Below, piece after piece: positions 8,455 through 15,670 of a stretch of DNA of 32,000 nt (its first letter is position 1; every line of letters starts with the position of its first letter). The translations under genes were made by a program, and so were the position numbers. The notes under the pieces are model-generated. The model was not told the DNA's origin, ran no database searches, and was given only the letters and a program-made list of their open reading frames with translations. The stretch comes from Polynucleobacter sp. MG-6-Vaara-E2 (GTDB taxonomy: Bacteria > Pseudomonadota > Gammaproteobacteria > Burkholderiales > Burkholderiaceae): contig NZ_CP061303.1 in assembly GCF_018687695.1 (NCBI RefSeq), positions 1,578,394-1,610,393 of the forward strand, written 5' to 3'.

Positions 8455-9271
8455 GATGCATAGTATTGCCGAATTAAAAGAATATCTTCTTTATTTAAAG
8501 GCTAGTCGAAATACTAGATATGGGGCTCTTGGCGAAAAAATCTTTAGCCACCATATGTCTAAGTCCTATAAAGTTGAGAAACTACATAAGCATGGGGCAG
8601 ATTTTTTAATTGATGGAAAAGATCGGGTGGATGTCAAAACCCCTTTAATGCTAGATAAGAAATTTGGAGCAACTTTTACCAAGATTAGCAAAAACCAACA
8701 GGCCCCTAATACTGCCTATGCATATGTTTTGCTATTAGATGATATGGTTACCATATACCTAGCCCAGCATTTAAGCGAGCCAGTTCACATTGCTAATATC
8801 AGCTGGGAAGATGCGCTAGTAATTTTTAATACAGAAAATATTAAAGTTATAGCGCCAAAGAACTTTACTTCAGAACAATTAATTGCCGATTCGGTAATAG
8901 ATGACTTAGAGGATTGGCTTGCCATCCAATTTCATAAAAAAGCAAAGTTTGTAACTAGGCATAATAAAAAAACGCAAGATAGTATGTGCAAGAATGGCTG
9001 GGGTCCCGAAGCCTTCTTCCATGACCCCAAACAGAATAGAGGTAATGTTGACCTAGTAGTACTCATATTTTTCGATGGGGGGAAGGTTTATGACATATTC
9101 TCCTATCCAATATCTGAGCATGGCAAAATTCATTTTACAGATAAAAAAGTTGGTCTAAATTTAAGTAAAAGAAAAACCTTTTCTCCAAATCTACTATCAA
9201 GCAGGTATAAATTTAAAAGTATTGCTCAATTTAAGAAGGAAGTTGGTGATAGGTTCTTCAATCCTAGCTAA
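8387..9271 (+). CDS. Hypothetical protein with a PD-(D/E)xK-like motif
   Basis: The motif HGADFLIDGKDRVDVKT (D...DxK) follows a GEKIFSHHM helix, which is a restriction-endonuclease-fold pattern. The start is ambiguous: in-frame ATGs at 8387, 8429, 8435 and 8456. The upstream gene stops at 8452-8454, so the true start is probably 8429-8456. Confidence 0.6.
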   Translation: MAWPATQTHLLELLMNMLDSKNRMHSIAELKEYLLYLKASRNTRYGALGEKIFSHHMSKSYKVEKLHKHGADFLIDGKDRVDVKTPLMLDKKFGATFTKISKNQQAPNTAYAYVLLLDDMVTIYLAQHLSEPVHIANISWEDALVIFNTENIKVIAPKNFTSEQLIADSVIDDLEDWLAIQFHKKAKFVTRHNKKTQDSMCKNGWGPEAFFHDPKQNRGNVDLVVLIFFDGGKVYDIFSYPISEHGKIHFTDKKVGLNLSKRKTFSPNLLSSRYKFKSIAQFKKEVGDRFFNPS

Positions 9272-9361
9272 AATAATTTATGCTAGAAAAGAAACAGAAG
9301 TGTAACTAATAAGCGCTTGATTGCTCCGACAAAGATCCAAATATCTATCGGCATTACCATT

Positions 9362-9392
9362 GAAAGTGTGTAGTAATTGCCTACACACTTTC
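9362..9392. repeat. Perfect 12-bp-stem hairpin/inverted repeat (GAAAGTGTGTAG-taattgc-CTACACACTTTC)
   Basis: Read directly from the sequence. No U-tract on either strand. It lies 10 nt from palindrome copy 1. Confidence 0.8.
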
Positions 9393-9402
9393 GAGCATGC
9401 CC

Positions 9403-9423
9403 AGCGTTACTTAAAGTAACGCT
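9403..9423. repeat. Copy 1 of the repeated palindrome AGCGTTACTT-A-AAGTAACGCT
   Basis: Perfect 21-bp palindrome with an odd centre (central A, i.e. opposite orientation to copies 2 and 3). It lies in intergenic DNA between convergent genes. Confidence 0.85.
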
Positions 9424-9450
9424 CAAATGACCAAACCTCATCATTAGTCT

Positions 9451-9480
9451 CAAAAGCTAGCTTTTGTGAGTTTTAAGTTG
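9451..9480 (+). terminator. Weak candidate intrinsic terminator (CAAAAGCTAGCTTTTG palindrome followed by TGAGTTTTAAG)
   Basis: 16-bp perfect palindrome at 9451-9466 followed by a T-rich run. The stem is A/T-rich and lies 180 nt downstream of the 9271 stop. Confidence 0.3.
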
Positions 9481-9687
9481 AGTTTAGGTTCTCTGGTTAT
9501 GAGAGCAGACATCCAAAGAAAACCGGTAAGATTTCAAGAGGTTATGTCGCCTGTTTATCGGTGTGTGAGTATTTGTGTGACTAGATTAACAAGATCACAA
9601 CAAATACTATCTCGGTCTTTAGTTTTCAAAACCAAAGGATTTTTGGAGCAACCATCTAACACTTCGTTGCTCCAAAGTAGTTTAGAG

Positions 9688-10878
9688 CTACTCATCGTCC
9701 TCTTCTTCGTCATATTCATCCATCCAATCATAAGCAACTTTAAAACCTTCCCGATCTGGCTCGCCTTGCCCGGGTAGAGACTCACCCTCTTCTGCCAACT
9801 TAATAGCATCTCTTTGATCTACCTCCTCTTTTGCCCATGCTAGCCAATCCTTAAGATCTTCATTCGCCTTACGAATACCTTCATTAGATTGAACCTCTGC
9901 AATGAATCTTCTAATCTTTTGCAGTTGATCCCATTCTTGAGAAATAGTACTTAACTGCTCCCACTTCCATTCTTTGACATTAATAGCCCAGGCCCTATCT
10001 AGTCTTTTTTGGTTTCGAATTTTCTGCTCAAGTTCACGCTTTTCACGTTCTTCTCTAGCGGCCTTTGCCTCAACAGCCATTTCACTAAAAATAACTAAAG
10101 TCTTTCCTAGCTGACTTTCTAAGCTAGCCCTGGATGTATCTTTAATCGTTCTTCTGCCGTAAAGGTCATCATGGGATAGATGAAGTTCTAACTTTCCACC
10201 CGATCCATATTCAATAGTTTCATAGTAGTCATGAGTAGTGCCGTTGTGCGACCAAGTTTTCTTCTTTTTAATTGGCTTATCAAGCTTTGTACTTGCTTCA
10301 TATATAGAGACAGAATACTTCTCACCATCTTTGATAAATCCAGTGATTTCTGGGTTTGAATACCGCTTATATTCAAATGTGTCATAACCGTTCTTCTTGA
10401 GCTCAGTCACCAGGGTTTGCAAGACCCTTTTCACCCTTCCCGTACTTTTAGGTGAGATATCTACAGCAAAGCCTTGTTTAGATGTAGTGCGGCCAAATTT
10501 AGAAACACTATCAACATCAAAGCTTTCAAATGTTTTTTCTACAGCAGCATCAAATCTATTGTCCTTATAAATCTCCCAAATAGGTGTTTCTAATTTTTCT
10601 AAATTAGCCCTTGCAAGTATTTTTGCCTTCTCAATGGCATTTACAGTGAATGATGGTTCATGTTCATTCCACCAGGGTTCTAGAGGTTCCCTTTCAGGAA
10701 CCTCAACCCCATGCTGTAGCTTTGCCCAATACCCAAGCTTAGGTTTTGGAACTCCATAGGCTTTGCACCATTTACCAAGCCCTACATCCGATATGCCAAG
10801 TAGCTGAGCTACTTTAGTAGTAGGCTCAACCCACAGCATTTCGTAAATCTCAGTTCTTGTGTAGCTCTCTTTTTCCAT
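9688..10878 (-). CDS. Hypothetical protein, 396 aa: N-terminal HTH-like segment, coiled-coil region, acidic tail
   Basis: AAGGA lies 6 nt upstream of the ATG. The N-terminus is EIYEMLWVEPTTKVAQLLGISDVGLGKWCKAYGVPKPKLGYWAK (HTH-like). There is a charged heptad-like region REEREKRELEQKIRNQKRLD. The C-terminus is DEYDEEEDDE. Confidence 0.75.
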   Translation of the reverse strand: MEKESYTRTEIYEMLWVEPTTKVAQLLGISDVGLGKWCKAYGVPKPKLGYWAKLQHGVEVPEREPLEPWWNEHEPSFTVNAIEKAKILARANLEKLETPIWEIYKDNRFDAAVEKTFESFDVDSVSKFGRTTSKQGFAVDISPKSTGRVKRVLQTLVTELKKNGYDTFEYKRYSNPEITGFIKDGEKYSVSIYEASTKLDKPIKKKKTWSHNGTTHDYYETIEYGSGGKLELHLSHDDLYGRRTIKDTSRASLESQLGKTLVIFSEMAVEAKAAREEREKRELEQKIRNQKRLDRAWAINVKEWKWEQLSTISQEWDQLQKIRRFIAEVQSNEGIRKANEDLKDWLAWAKEEVDQRDAIKLAEEGESLPGQGEPDREGFKVAYDWMDEYDEEEDDE

Positions 10879-10937
10879 GGAATGTCCTTTTAAGAAGCGC
10901 TTAAAGAAGCCGCCAGAAAGCAGCTTCCTCCTATTAG

Positions 10938-11459
10938 CTAAAGACTTGCATTGTTGGGCACATATTCTTCACAATCATTCCTTGGCTCTGTGCCTGGTCC
11001 CGATCGAGAATATCGACTAAAAACCTTGCCATCGGCATACACCCGTATCGATTCAAAGTAGACATAACGCGCTTTTTCATTTGCCACGCAAGCAATCTCA
11101 ATCCAGCCACTTTCTAATAGCGGGCTAATAGCCTCTGATAGCTCCCTTAAGGTCATCGGGTCTAGCTGCTCAGCAATAATATTATCCCAATCGTCTGAAG
11201 TCATTTCAGATGGATCTTTACTAATGCTCTCGCCATCCTCTGTTGATATCACATATGAATTAGCTTTCAACGGGATTGCATTTGGGTATTGCGGTAAATC
11301 AAAACCATAGTTATCAATAAAGAGTAAATCACCGTCACAACCCCAGTGCGCCCCAGAATTATCCCAATTAAATGTATTTAATATGCCCTTCATTTTTTGA
11401 GGATTGAACACTCCATCCGTCGATTTTACAAAAGTAATCATTCCATATGCATCAGCCAT
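10938..11459 (-). CDS. Hypothetical protein, 173 aa
   Basis: ORF track. The ATG is 2 nt after the stop of the upstream gene (11462), suggesting translational coupling. No motif recognised. Confidence 0.7.
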   Translation of the reverse strand: MADAYGMITFVKSTDGVFNPQKMKGILNTFNWDNSGAHWGCDGDLLFIDNYGFDLPQYPNAIPLKANSYVISTEDGESISKDPSEMTSDDWDNIIAEQLDPMTLRELSEAISPLLESGWIEIACVANEKARYVYFESIRVYADGKVFSRYSRSGPGTEPRNDCEEYVPNNASL

Positions 11460-11461
11460 TT

Positions 11462-12322
11462 TTATTCTCCTTTGTTCGATTGAACTATTACTAAATTCCG
11501 AATTTTTTGAATCCTTAACATACCAGCCGCTAGAGCTGGTCTCTTTTTCACAATTGCTTTGAAGGTATTTTGTGATTGTTTCTTTTTAGCTTTCTTATGA
11601 AATTTGGTCACCTGCTTGCACACATCTTTTAAGTCATTAGGTAGTTGCCGTACTAACCCATCAAATACTTTTTTCTCAAGACCCGAGTCGATAGGAAGCT
11701 TTGCTAGAACATATTGACGCCCCTCAGACTCACTACAGATCAGGATATTAAGATCTGATGAACCCTCTAGATGGATATTACTTTTTGGATTTAATTTGAA
11801 TGAAGTGAGCGGGAAAACTTTGCGAGAATTTAAATACATCCTAGCAATGCTCATTCTTTTATCAAAATCACCCTCATCTGAGTCGGCACCTTCAGTACGT
11901 ATCCGCTCTACCCCTCCCGCCTGCTCGACATAACCAGCAAATTTAGAGCTATCAATCTTATTCAGGCGAGCTGTCTCAATTGCGCGAGAATATACGTGAG
12001 CAGTCTTACGGTCCGCTTGAGTTATATACCGGACGAGAACCGTAGTATCTGAAGTATTTTCCTGTGTGCGGATACCGTACTTTTCGGATAAAACCTTTCT
12101 TAAGATGGCAACTTGGTCTTCTTTATCACTGCAGCCATCTAACTGCTCAGCTAAAGCATAGATTTTTCCAAGCAACTCATATAAAGCTTTGCGACCTGAG
12201 ACGATATATCTATTATTAAATTCTTCATGCTCACGAGCTAAATCATCAGCCTTACCAATTAAAGTCTTTGTAGCTACAAGAGGGCTGTGATTTTCGACGG
12301 CTTCTATTAAATCAATATGCAT
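11462..12322 (-). CDS. Hypothetical protein, 286 aa, with a basic C-terminal tail
   Basis: ORF track. Purine-rich AAAGAAAAAGGAAAAAAT precedes the ATG. The Lys-rich tail is KFHKKAKKKQSQNTFKAIVKKRP. Palindrome copy 2 lies 25 nt upstream of the start. Confidence 0.75.
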   Translation of the reverse strand: MHIDLIEAVENHSPLVATKTLIGKADDLAREHEEFNNRYIVSGRKALYELLGKIYALAEQLDGCSDKEDQVAILRKVLSEKYGIRTQENTSDTTVLVRYITQADRKTAHVYSRAIETARLNKIDSSKFAGYVEQAGGVERIRTEGADSDEGDFDKRMSIARMYLNSRKVFPLTSFKLNPKSNIHLEGSSDLNILICSESEGRQYVLAKLPIDSGLEKKVFDGLVRQLPNDLKDVCKQVTKFHKKAKKKQSQNTFKAIVKKRPALAAGMLRIQKIRNLVIVQSNKGE

Positions 12323-12346
12323 ATTTTTTCCTTTTTCTTTAAATTA

Positions 12347-12367
12347 GGCGTTACTTTAAGTAACGCC
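12347..12367. repeat. Copy 2 of the repeated palindrome (GGCGTTACTT-T-AAGTAACGCC)
   Basis: Perfect palindrome in the 56-nt gap between ORF 12379-12789 and ORF 11462-12322. Confidence 0.85.
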
Positions 12368-12378
12368 TTTCTTTGGAA

Positions 12379-12789
12379 TTAATGAAAAATCTCAATGCCT
12401 TGAATTAAGCTAGGCTTAATATTTAATGGCGGCATTTTAGGATGACTTACATTGTCGATACATGATGGATGCATTAACACTAGCGGATTGCATGTTATTA
12501 CTTCATCTAGTACGGCAAAGATTACACAGTCGTCCATAAAATCTACCCATCGTTGATTGCTTTGAATGGCATCTTCGATATGTGCTTCAAAATATGCATC
12601 CTCCGCCATCAACTCCTTTTTAAGCTTTTGATGCATAAATCTCTTACCCTTACCGCCGCACCAACTCCAATCTGGATCATTCAGAAATGCTTCACGCATA
12701 TCAATTAATTGTTGATGCTGAGTTAGCACTAATGTTTTAATCCCAAAACGATCCATCGGTATTGCGCTATATGCAATTTCTTTATTCAT
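12379..12789 (-). CDS. Hypothetical protein, 136 aa
   Basis: ORF track. Same strand as the upstream ORF and 24 nt from it. No motif recognised. Confidence 0.65.
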   Translation of the reverse strand: MNKEIAYSAIPMDRFGIKTLVLTQHQQLIDMREAFLNDPDWSWCGGKGKRFMHQKLKKELMAEDAYFEAHIEDAIQSNQRWVDFMDDCVIFAVLDEVITCNPLVLMHPSCIDNVSHPKMPPLNIKPSLIQGIEIFH

Positions 12790-12813
12790 TTTTTATTCCT
12801 TTTTTATTTGAAG

Positions 12814-13305
12814 TTAAGCAACCATGGTTTTTGATTCTTGATATGCTTTTTGTTCTTGACGTCTTAACTCATACCAAGCCTCAGTGATAAATGACATATC
12901 AACATCTATGCCAAAACCATATGTTTCAATCAGGTCTTTTTCCCATCTACCCAAGTCACATCTCCCATTACCGAAATACCACTTAGCGTCATGTCCCAAT
13001 GCAAGGATTGATTTTTTGCCTGTATGCTTTTCAAATACTGGCCAATCAGGGCTACCCATACTGATTTTGATCAAATCACCTACAGGCCTATTGAATTTAT
13101 GGCACGCTGCAACTACTCTTTTGAATAAGGTTTTATTCAAAAAGTCATATGCACCATTTTCATTTTTGTTAATGGGTAGGCATATATCAAAAAATTCCTG
13201 CGTATCGCCGTAAATCCCTGAATGCTCGAAAGTCAATATGACATCGCCCTTTAGGTAAGCCTTCTTAAACTGGTTGGAAACTGCTTTTTTCTCAATTACT
13301 TTCAT
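12814..13305 (-). CDS. Hypothetical protein (163 aa from the ATG at 13305; the ORF extends to 13326)
   Basis: ORF track 12814-13326. The internal ATG at 13303-13305 (MKVIEKK...) has AAGGAA 6 nt upstream, whereas the ATG at 13326 has no SD. Confidence 0.65.
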   Translation of the reverse strand: MKVIEKKAVSNQFKKAYLKGDVILTFEHSGIYGDTQEFFDICLPINKNENGAYDFLNKTLFKRVVAACHKFNRPVGDLIKISMGSPDWPVFEKHTGKKSILALGHDAKWYFGNGRCDLGRWEKDLIETYGFGIDVDMSFITEAWYELRRQEQKAYQESKTMVA

Positions 13306-13358
13306 TTCATATTCCTTAATAAACATAGCGAAATTGCTATATTGTTAGAATCTCATAA

Positions 13359-13406
13359 TTAACACTTTATAAAAATTGCATTTAGAATGTGATGCTTAAG
13401 TGTTAA
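13359..13406. promoter_or_regulatory. 9-bp inverted repeat TTAACACTT...AAGTGTTAA in a divergent promoter region
   Basis: Arms at 13359-13367 and 13398-13406 are exact reverse complements. They lie in the 116-137-nt AT-rich gap between divergent ORFs 12814-13305 and 13443-14306. TTAGAAT is also repeated here. Confidence 0.3.
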
Positions 13407-13442
13407 TATATTTGTATGTATTTTTAAAGAAATGATTCAAAA

Positions 13443-14306
13443 ATGCTGCCAAACAAGTCAATGAAGGATTGGGCAACAAAAGGTATTCAGGGCTATGTGA
13501 TGCTGATGCTCGAATACCTGCGACTAAGTCCTAGCTATGAATTAGCTAGAAAGGCAAGAATGGGTAAGCTCACCGCCGCTGAAAAGAAGCATCTACCCGC
13601 TGACTTTGACCTGGTACTTAAGACTTACGATGAATATGGTGATGTTGCAACTATTCAATTTGCTGACTGGTGGGCAACTACTGGAATTGGACTTTATGGG
13701 TCGGAATACATCAAACCCCAAGTTCGACAGATTGGCAGAATGGAAAAGAATGAAGAATTTGAACCTGGCTTTACTAAATCATTAGAGCAATACTTCAAAA
13801 CTTTCAGAAAGCATGAAGGTAATGGGCCGGGGCTCATTCTAGCTATCCCACTTGGTATACCCAAAAGAGCAATCCTCAAACAAGTCTCCCTAATGATCAA
13901 TAAAACTGGTGTGACTGCCCCTCCTAAAGCCCAAAAAGCCAAGCGCTCCCTTACTGCCAAGCGTCTACGCTCACAACCCCTAATTAGAGGTATTAATTTG
14001 CTATGGCTTAAAGCCCAAAATCCTGACTGGGCACTATGGAGATTGGGGGTGTTAGCAAAGATCAGCCCAACAAATGCTGAAGGTCTGGATTATCGGAGTA
14101 CCAAGTCGACTACTAATACAGTTGATCAGAGAACGAATATGGCAGTTCTAACAAGCAGAGCACTTAGTAAAGCGCAATACATTGCAGAAAATGCTGCAAG
14201 GGGAAGATTCCCTGATCCCAAAAAAATATCCCTTCCGGAGTTTGATTACGAAGATATCTATAGGCGTATGCAAATCTCTAACCCCAAACTAAAAAAACCT
14301 AAATGA
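13443..14306 (+). CDS. Hypothetical protein, 287 aa, basic
   Basis: ORF track. Its 3' end overlaps the recombinase gene 3' end by 8 nt (convergent). No motif recognised. Confidence 0.7.
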   Translation: MLPNKSMKDWATKGIQGYVMLMLEYLRLSPSYELARKARMGKLTAAEKKHLPADFDLVLKTYDEYGDVATIQFADWWATTGIGLYGSEYIKPQVRQIGRMEKNEEFEPGFTKSLEQYFKTFRKHEGNGPGLILAIPLGIPKRAILKQVSLMINKTGVTAPPKAQKAKRSLTAKRLRSQPLIRGINLLWLKAQNPDWALWRLGVLAKISPTNAEGLDYRSTKSTTNTVDQRTNMAVLTSRALSKAQYIAENAARGRFPDPKKISLPEFDYEDIYRRMQISNPKLKKPK

Positions 14307-14937
14307 GCTCAACTGCCCTGCGCTTCATATCGTCATTCACATCAATATATGCCTGTGTAGTGCCGATATTGCGATGACCCGCTAAGCTCATTAGTACACG
14401 CACACCAATTCCTTTGCTAGCAAGATTGGTAATAAAGCTCCTACGACCACTATGACTAGTAGCACCAGCTATTCCAGACTCTTTATAGATGTGCTTAAAG
14501 TGCTGCGTTAAGGTATTTGCAGTAAACCCACGCTTAGGAAACTTCTGTGTAGGGAAGAATGCGTAGTTACGGTCTTTAATGGCGATCTCATTGGCAAAAG
14601 CTTGAAGCTCTGCCTTTAAGCGTTCATTAAGAAAGACCGTTCTTGGATGGCGTCCTTTGGTTTGCTCTGGCAATAAGCGGATCTCACTTTTCACCTGATT
14701 TTCCCCGTCTAAAACATCGCATATACGCAGGGCTGCTACTTCCCCTACTCTGAGCCCACCCCAATGGGTTAATAGCAACATAGCGCGGTTACGCACGCTG
14801 TGTTTGGTGGTTTGTACATATGTCAAAACTTGGGTAAGTTCTGCACTACTAAACGATTTTGCTTGTGGCATATAGCTGTCCTTTAAATGTAATAAATACG
14901 CAGCTACAGTATGTTTTCTGATGTTTGGTTTGGACAA
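14299..14937 (-). CDS. Small tyrosine recombinase (catalytic-domain-only, FimB/FimE-sized)
   Basis: Catalytic signature: GLRVGE (Arg I), TKG (Lys), HSGRRS (His-x-x-Arg II), GHRN (His/Trp position), TTQAYIDV (Tyr nucleophile). The track start at 14937 is TTG with no SD. The ATG at 14869-14871 has AAGGA 7 nt upstream and would give 190 aa. Confidence 0.85.
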   Translation of the reverse strand: MSKPNIRKHTVAAYLLHLKDSYMPQAKSFSSAELTQVLTYVQTTKHSVRNRAMLLLTHWGGLRVGEVAALRICDVLDGENQVKSEIRLLPEQTKGRHPRTVFLNERLKAELQAFANEIAIKDRNYAFFPTQKFPKRGFTANTLTQHFKHIYKESGIAGATSHSGRRSFITNLASKGIGVRVLMSLAGHRNIGTTQAYIDVNDDMKRRAVELI

Positions 14938-14942
14938 CCGAC

Positions 14943-14960
14943 TATGGCTTAAATGCCACA
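14943..14960 (+). promoter_or_regulatory. Candidate recombinase core-type site 1: TATGGC-TTAAAT-GCCACA
   Basis: Inverted 6-7-bp arms (CTATGGC / GCCACAG) surround an asymmetric 6-bp spacer. It is 17/18 identical to the site at 15077-15094 in the same orientation, and it lies just upstream of the recombinase gene. Confidence 0.5.
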
Positions 14961-14998
14961 GAAAAAAGGGCTTTCGATTTCAACGACTTACAAGATAA

Positions 14999-15034
14999 CT
15001 ACAGGAAAGCGCAATTTCCTGTAGTTTTTTATTT
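14999..15034 (+). terminator. Intrinsic terminator (10-bp stem CTACAGGAAA/TTTCCTGTAG, loop GCGCAA, then TTTTTTATTT)
   Basis: Read directly: perfect stem at 14999-15008 / 15015-15024 followed by six Ts (15025-15030). The orientation is plus strand, and no plus-strand CDS ends nearby. Confidence 0.7.
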
Positions 15035-15076
15035 AGCTGGTTTTTACTGGAAAACCATGGCGTAAATGGCTAAAGT

Positions 15077-15094
15077 TATGGCTTAGATGCCACA
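15077..15094 (+). promoter_or_regulatory. Candidate recombinase core-type site 2: TATGGC-TTAGAT-GCCACA
   Basis: Direct repeat of site 1, offset by 134 bp, with a single difference inside the spacer (A->G). A half-site-like AATGGCTAAAG lies immediately upstream (15064-15075). Confidence 0.5.
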
Positions 15095-15103
15095 AACCTT
15101 AAG

Positions 15104-15490
15104 TTAATTTAATTCCAACGCCACTGGAAAATCTTGATCATTTTCCTGAATCCATCCACGTATTTCATCTAAGAAATTAGCTACGAATTCCGGGTCTTCA
15201 TCAAGATCATCATATCCCGATAGGTCATCAATAATTTGAAATTCCCTATACATTGCTTCTGAGTGGTCAGATGCCGATGCAAAGTATATTTCAGCATCAT
15301 CAGTACCAAGCCACCTTAACATTTCATATAACTTATTATGCCGGTCTGAGAATTTAAGAATATGGGCTAATAACGCCTTCTCAAATCCAGTTATATCCTT
15401 GTCGTAAACTCTGGCTCCCATTGCATAGTCATCCATTGCGACTAACCATGGAGTTAATAGATTTTCAGGGGCATTGGGATTGTTTGCCAT
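15104..15490 (-). CDS. Small highly acidic hypothetical protein, 128 aa
   Basis: AAGGA lies 5 nt upstream of the ATG. By my count there are about 28 Asp/Glu versus 9 Arg/Lys (e.g. DDLSGYDDLDEDPEF). Confidence 0.7.
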   Translation of the reverse strand: MANNPNAPENLLTPWLVAMDDYAMGARVYDKDITGFEKALLAHILKFSDRHNKLYEMLRWLGTDDAEIYFASASDHSEAMYREFQIIDDLSGYDDLDEDPEFVANFLDEIRGWIQENDQDFPVALELN

Positions 15491-15605
15491 ATAGATCCTT
15501 ATTAATGGATTAAATTCTATCTTAATATAAGGCGAAAGTATTCGCCTGTGATTCGCTTTCGCTCATCACTTTTTTCATCTTTTAATGTTTGAATAATTGA
15601 TTTAT

Positions 15606-15670
15606 AGAACTTTTGATAGATTCAACCTACACTGAGCCTTAAGCAACAGGCTCAGCTATAGAAAAGTTCT
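15606..15670. other. Nested inverted-repeat structure in an ORF-poor spacer
   Basis: Outer arms AGAACTTTT (15606-15614) / AAAAGTTCT (15662-15670) enclose the hairpin CTGAGCC-ttaagcaaca-GGCTCAG (15632-15655). CTTTTGAT(A/G) is directly repeated after each outer arm. Confidence 0.5.

Noticed and set aside
12347-12367. The three GCGTTACTTTAAGTAACGC palindromes read as ordinary rho-independent terminators
   Set aside because: None has a U-tract on the strand of the adjacent genes. Only copy 2 has TTTCTTT, and that is on the non-coding-direction strand. Exact sequence identity among three sites is also not expected of independent terminators.
14943-14960. TGGC-N6-GCCA read as a sigma-54 (-24/-12) promoter
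   Set aside because: On the reverse strand the GG and GC dinucleotides are too close together. The consensus TGGCAC-N5-TTGC places them 12 nt apart, whereas here they are ~9 nt apart. The element also occurs twice as a direct repeat, which fits a recombinase or regulator site better.
14938-15103. tRNA or tmRNA integration target next to the recombinase
   Set aside because: I looked for T-arm-like GGTTCGAATCC (and its complement) and for an acceptor-stem/CCA context, both here and in 15491-16203, and found none. The GGGTTCGG string at 16150-16160 (reverse strand) has no surrounding cloverleaf.
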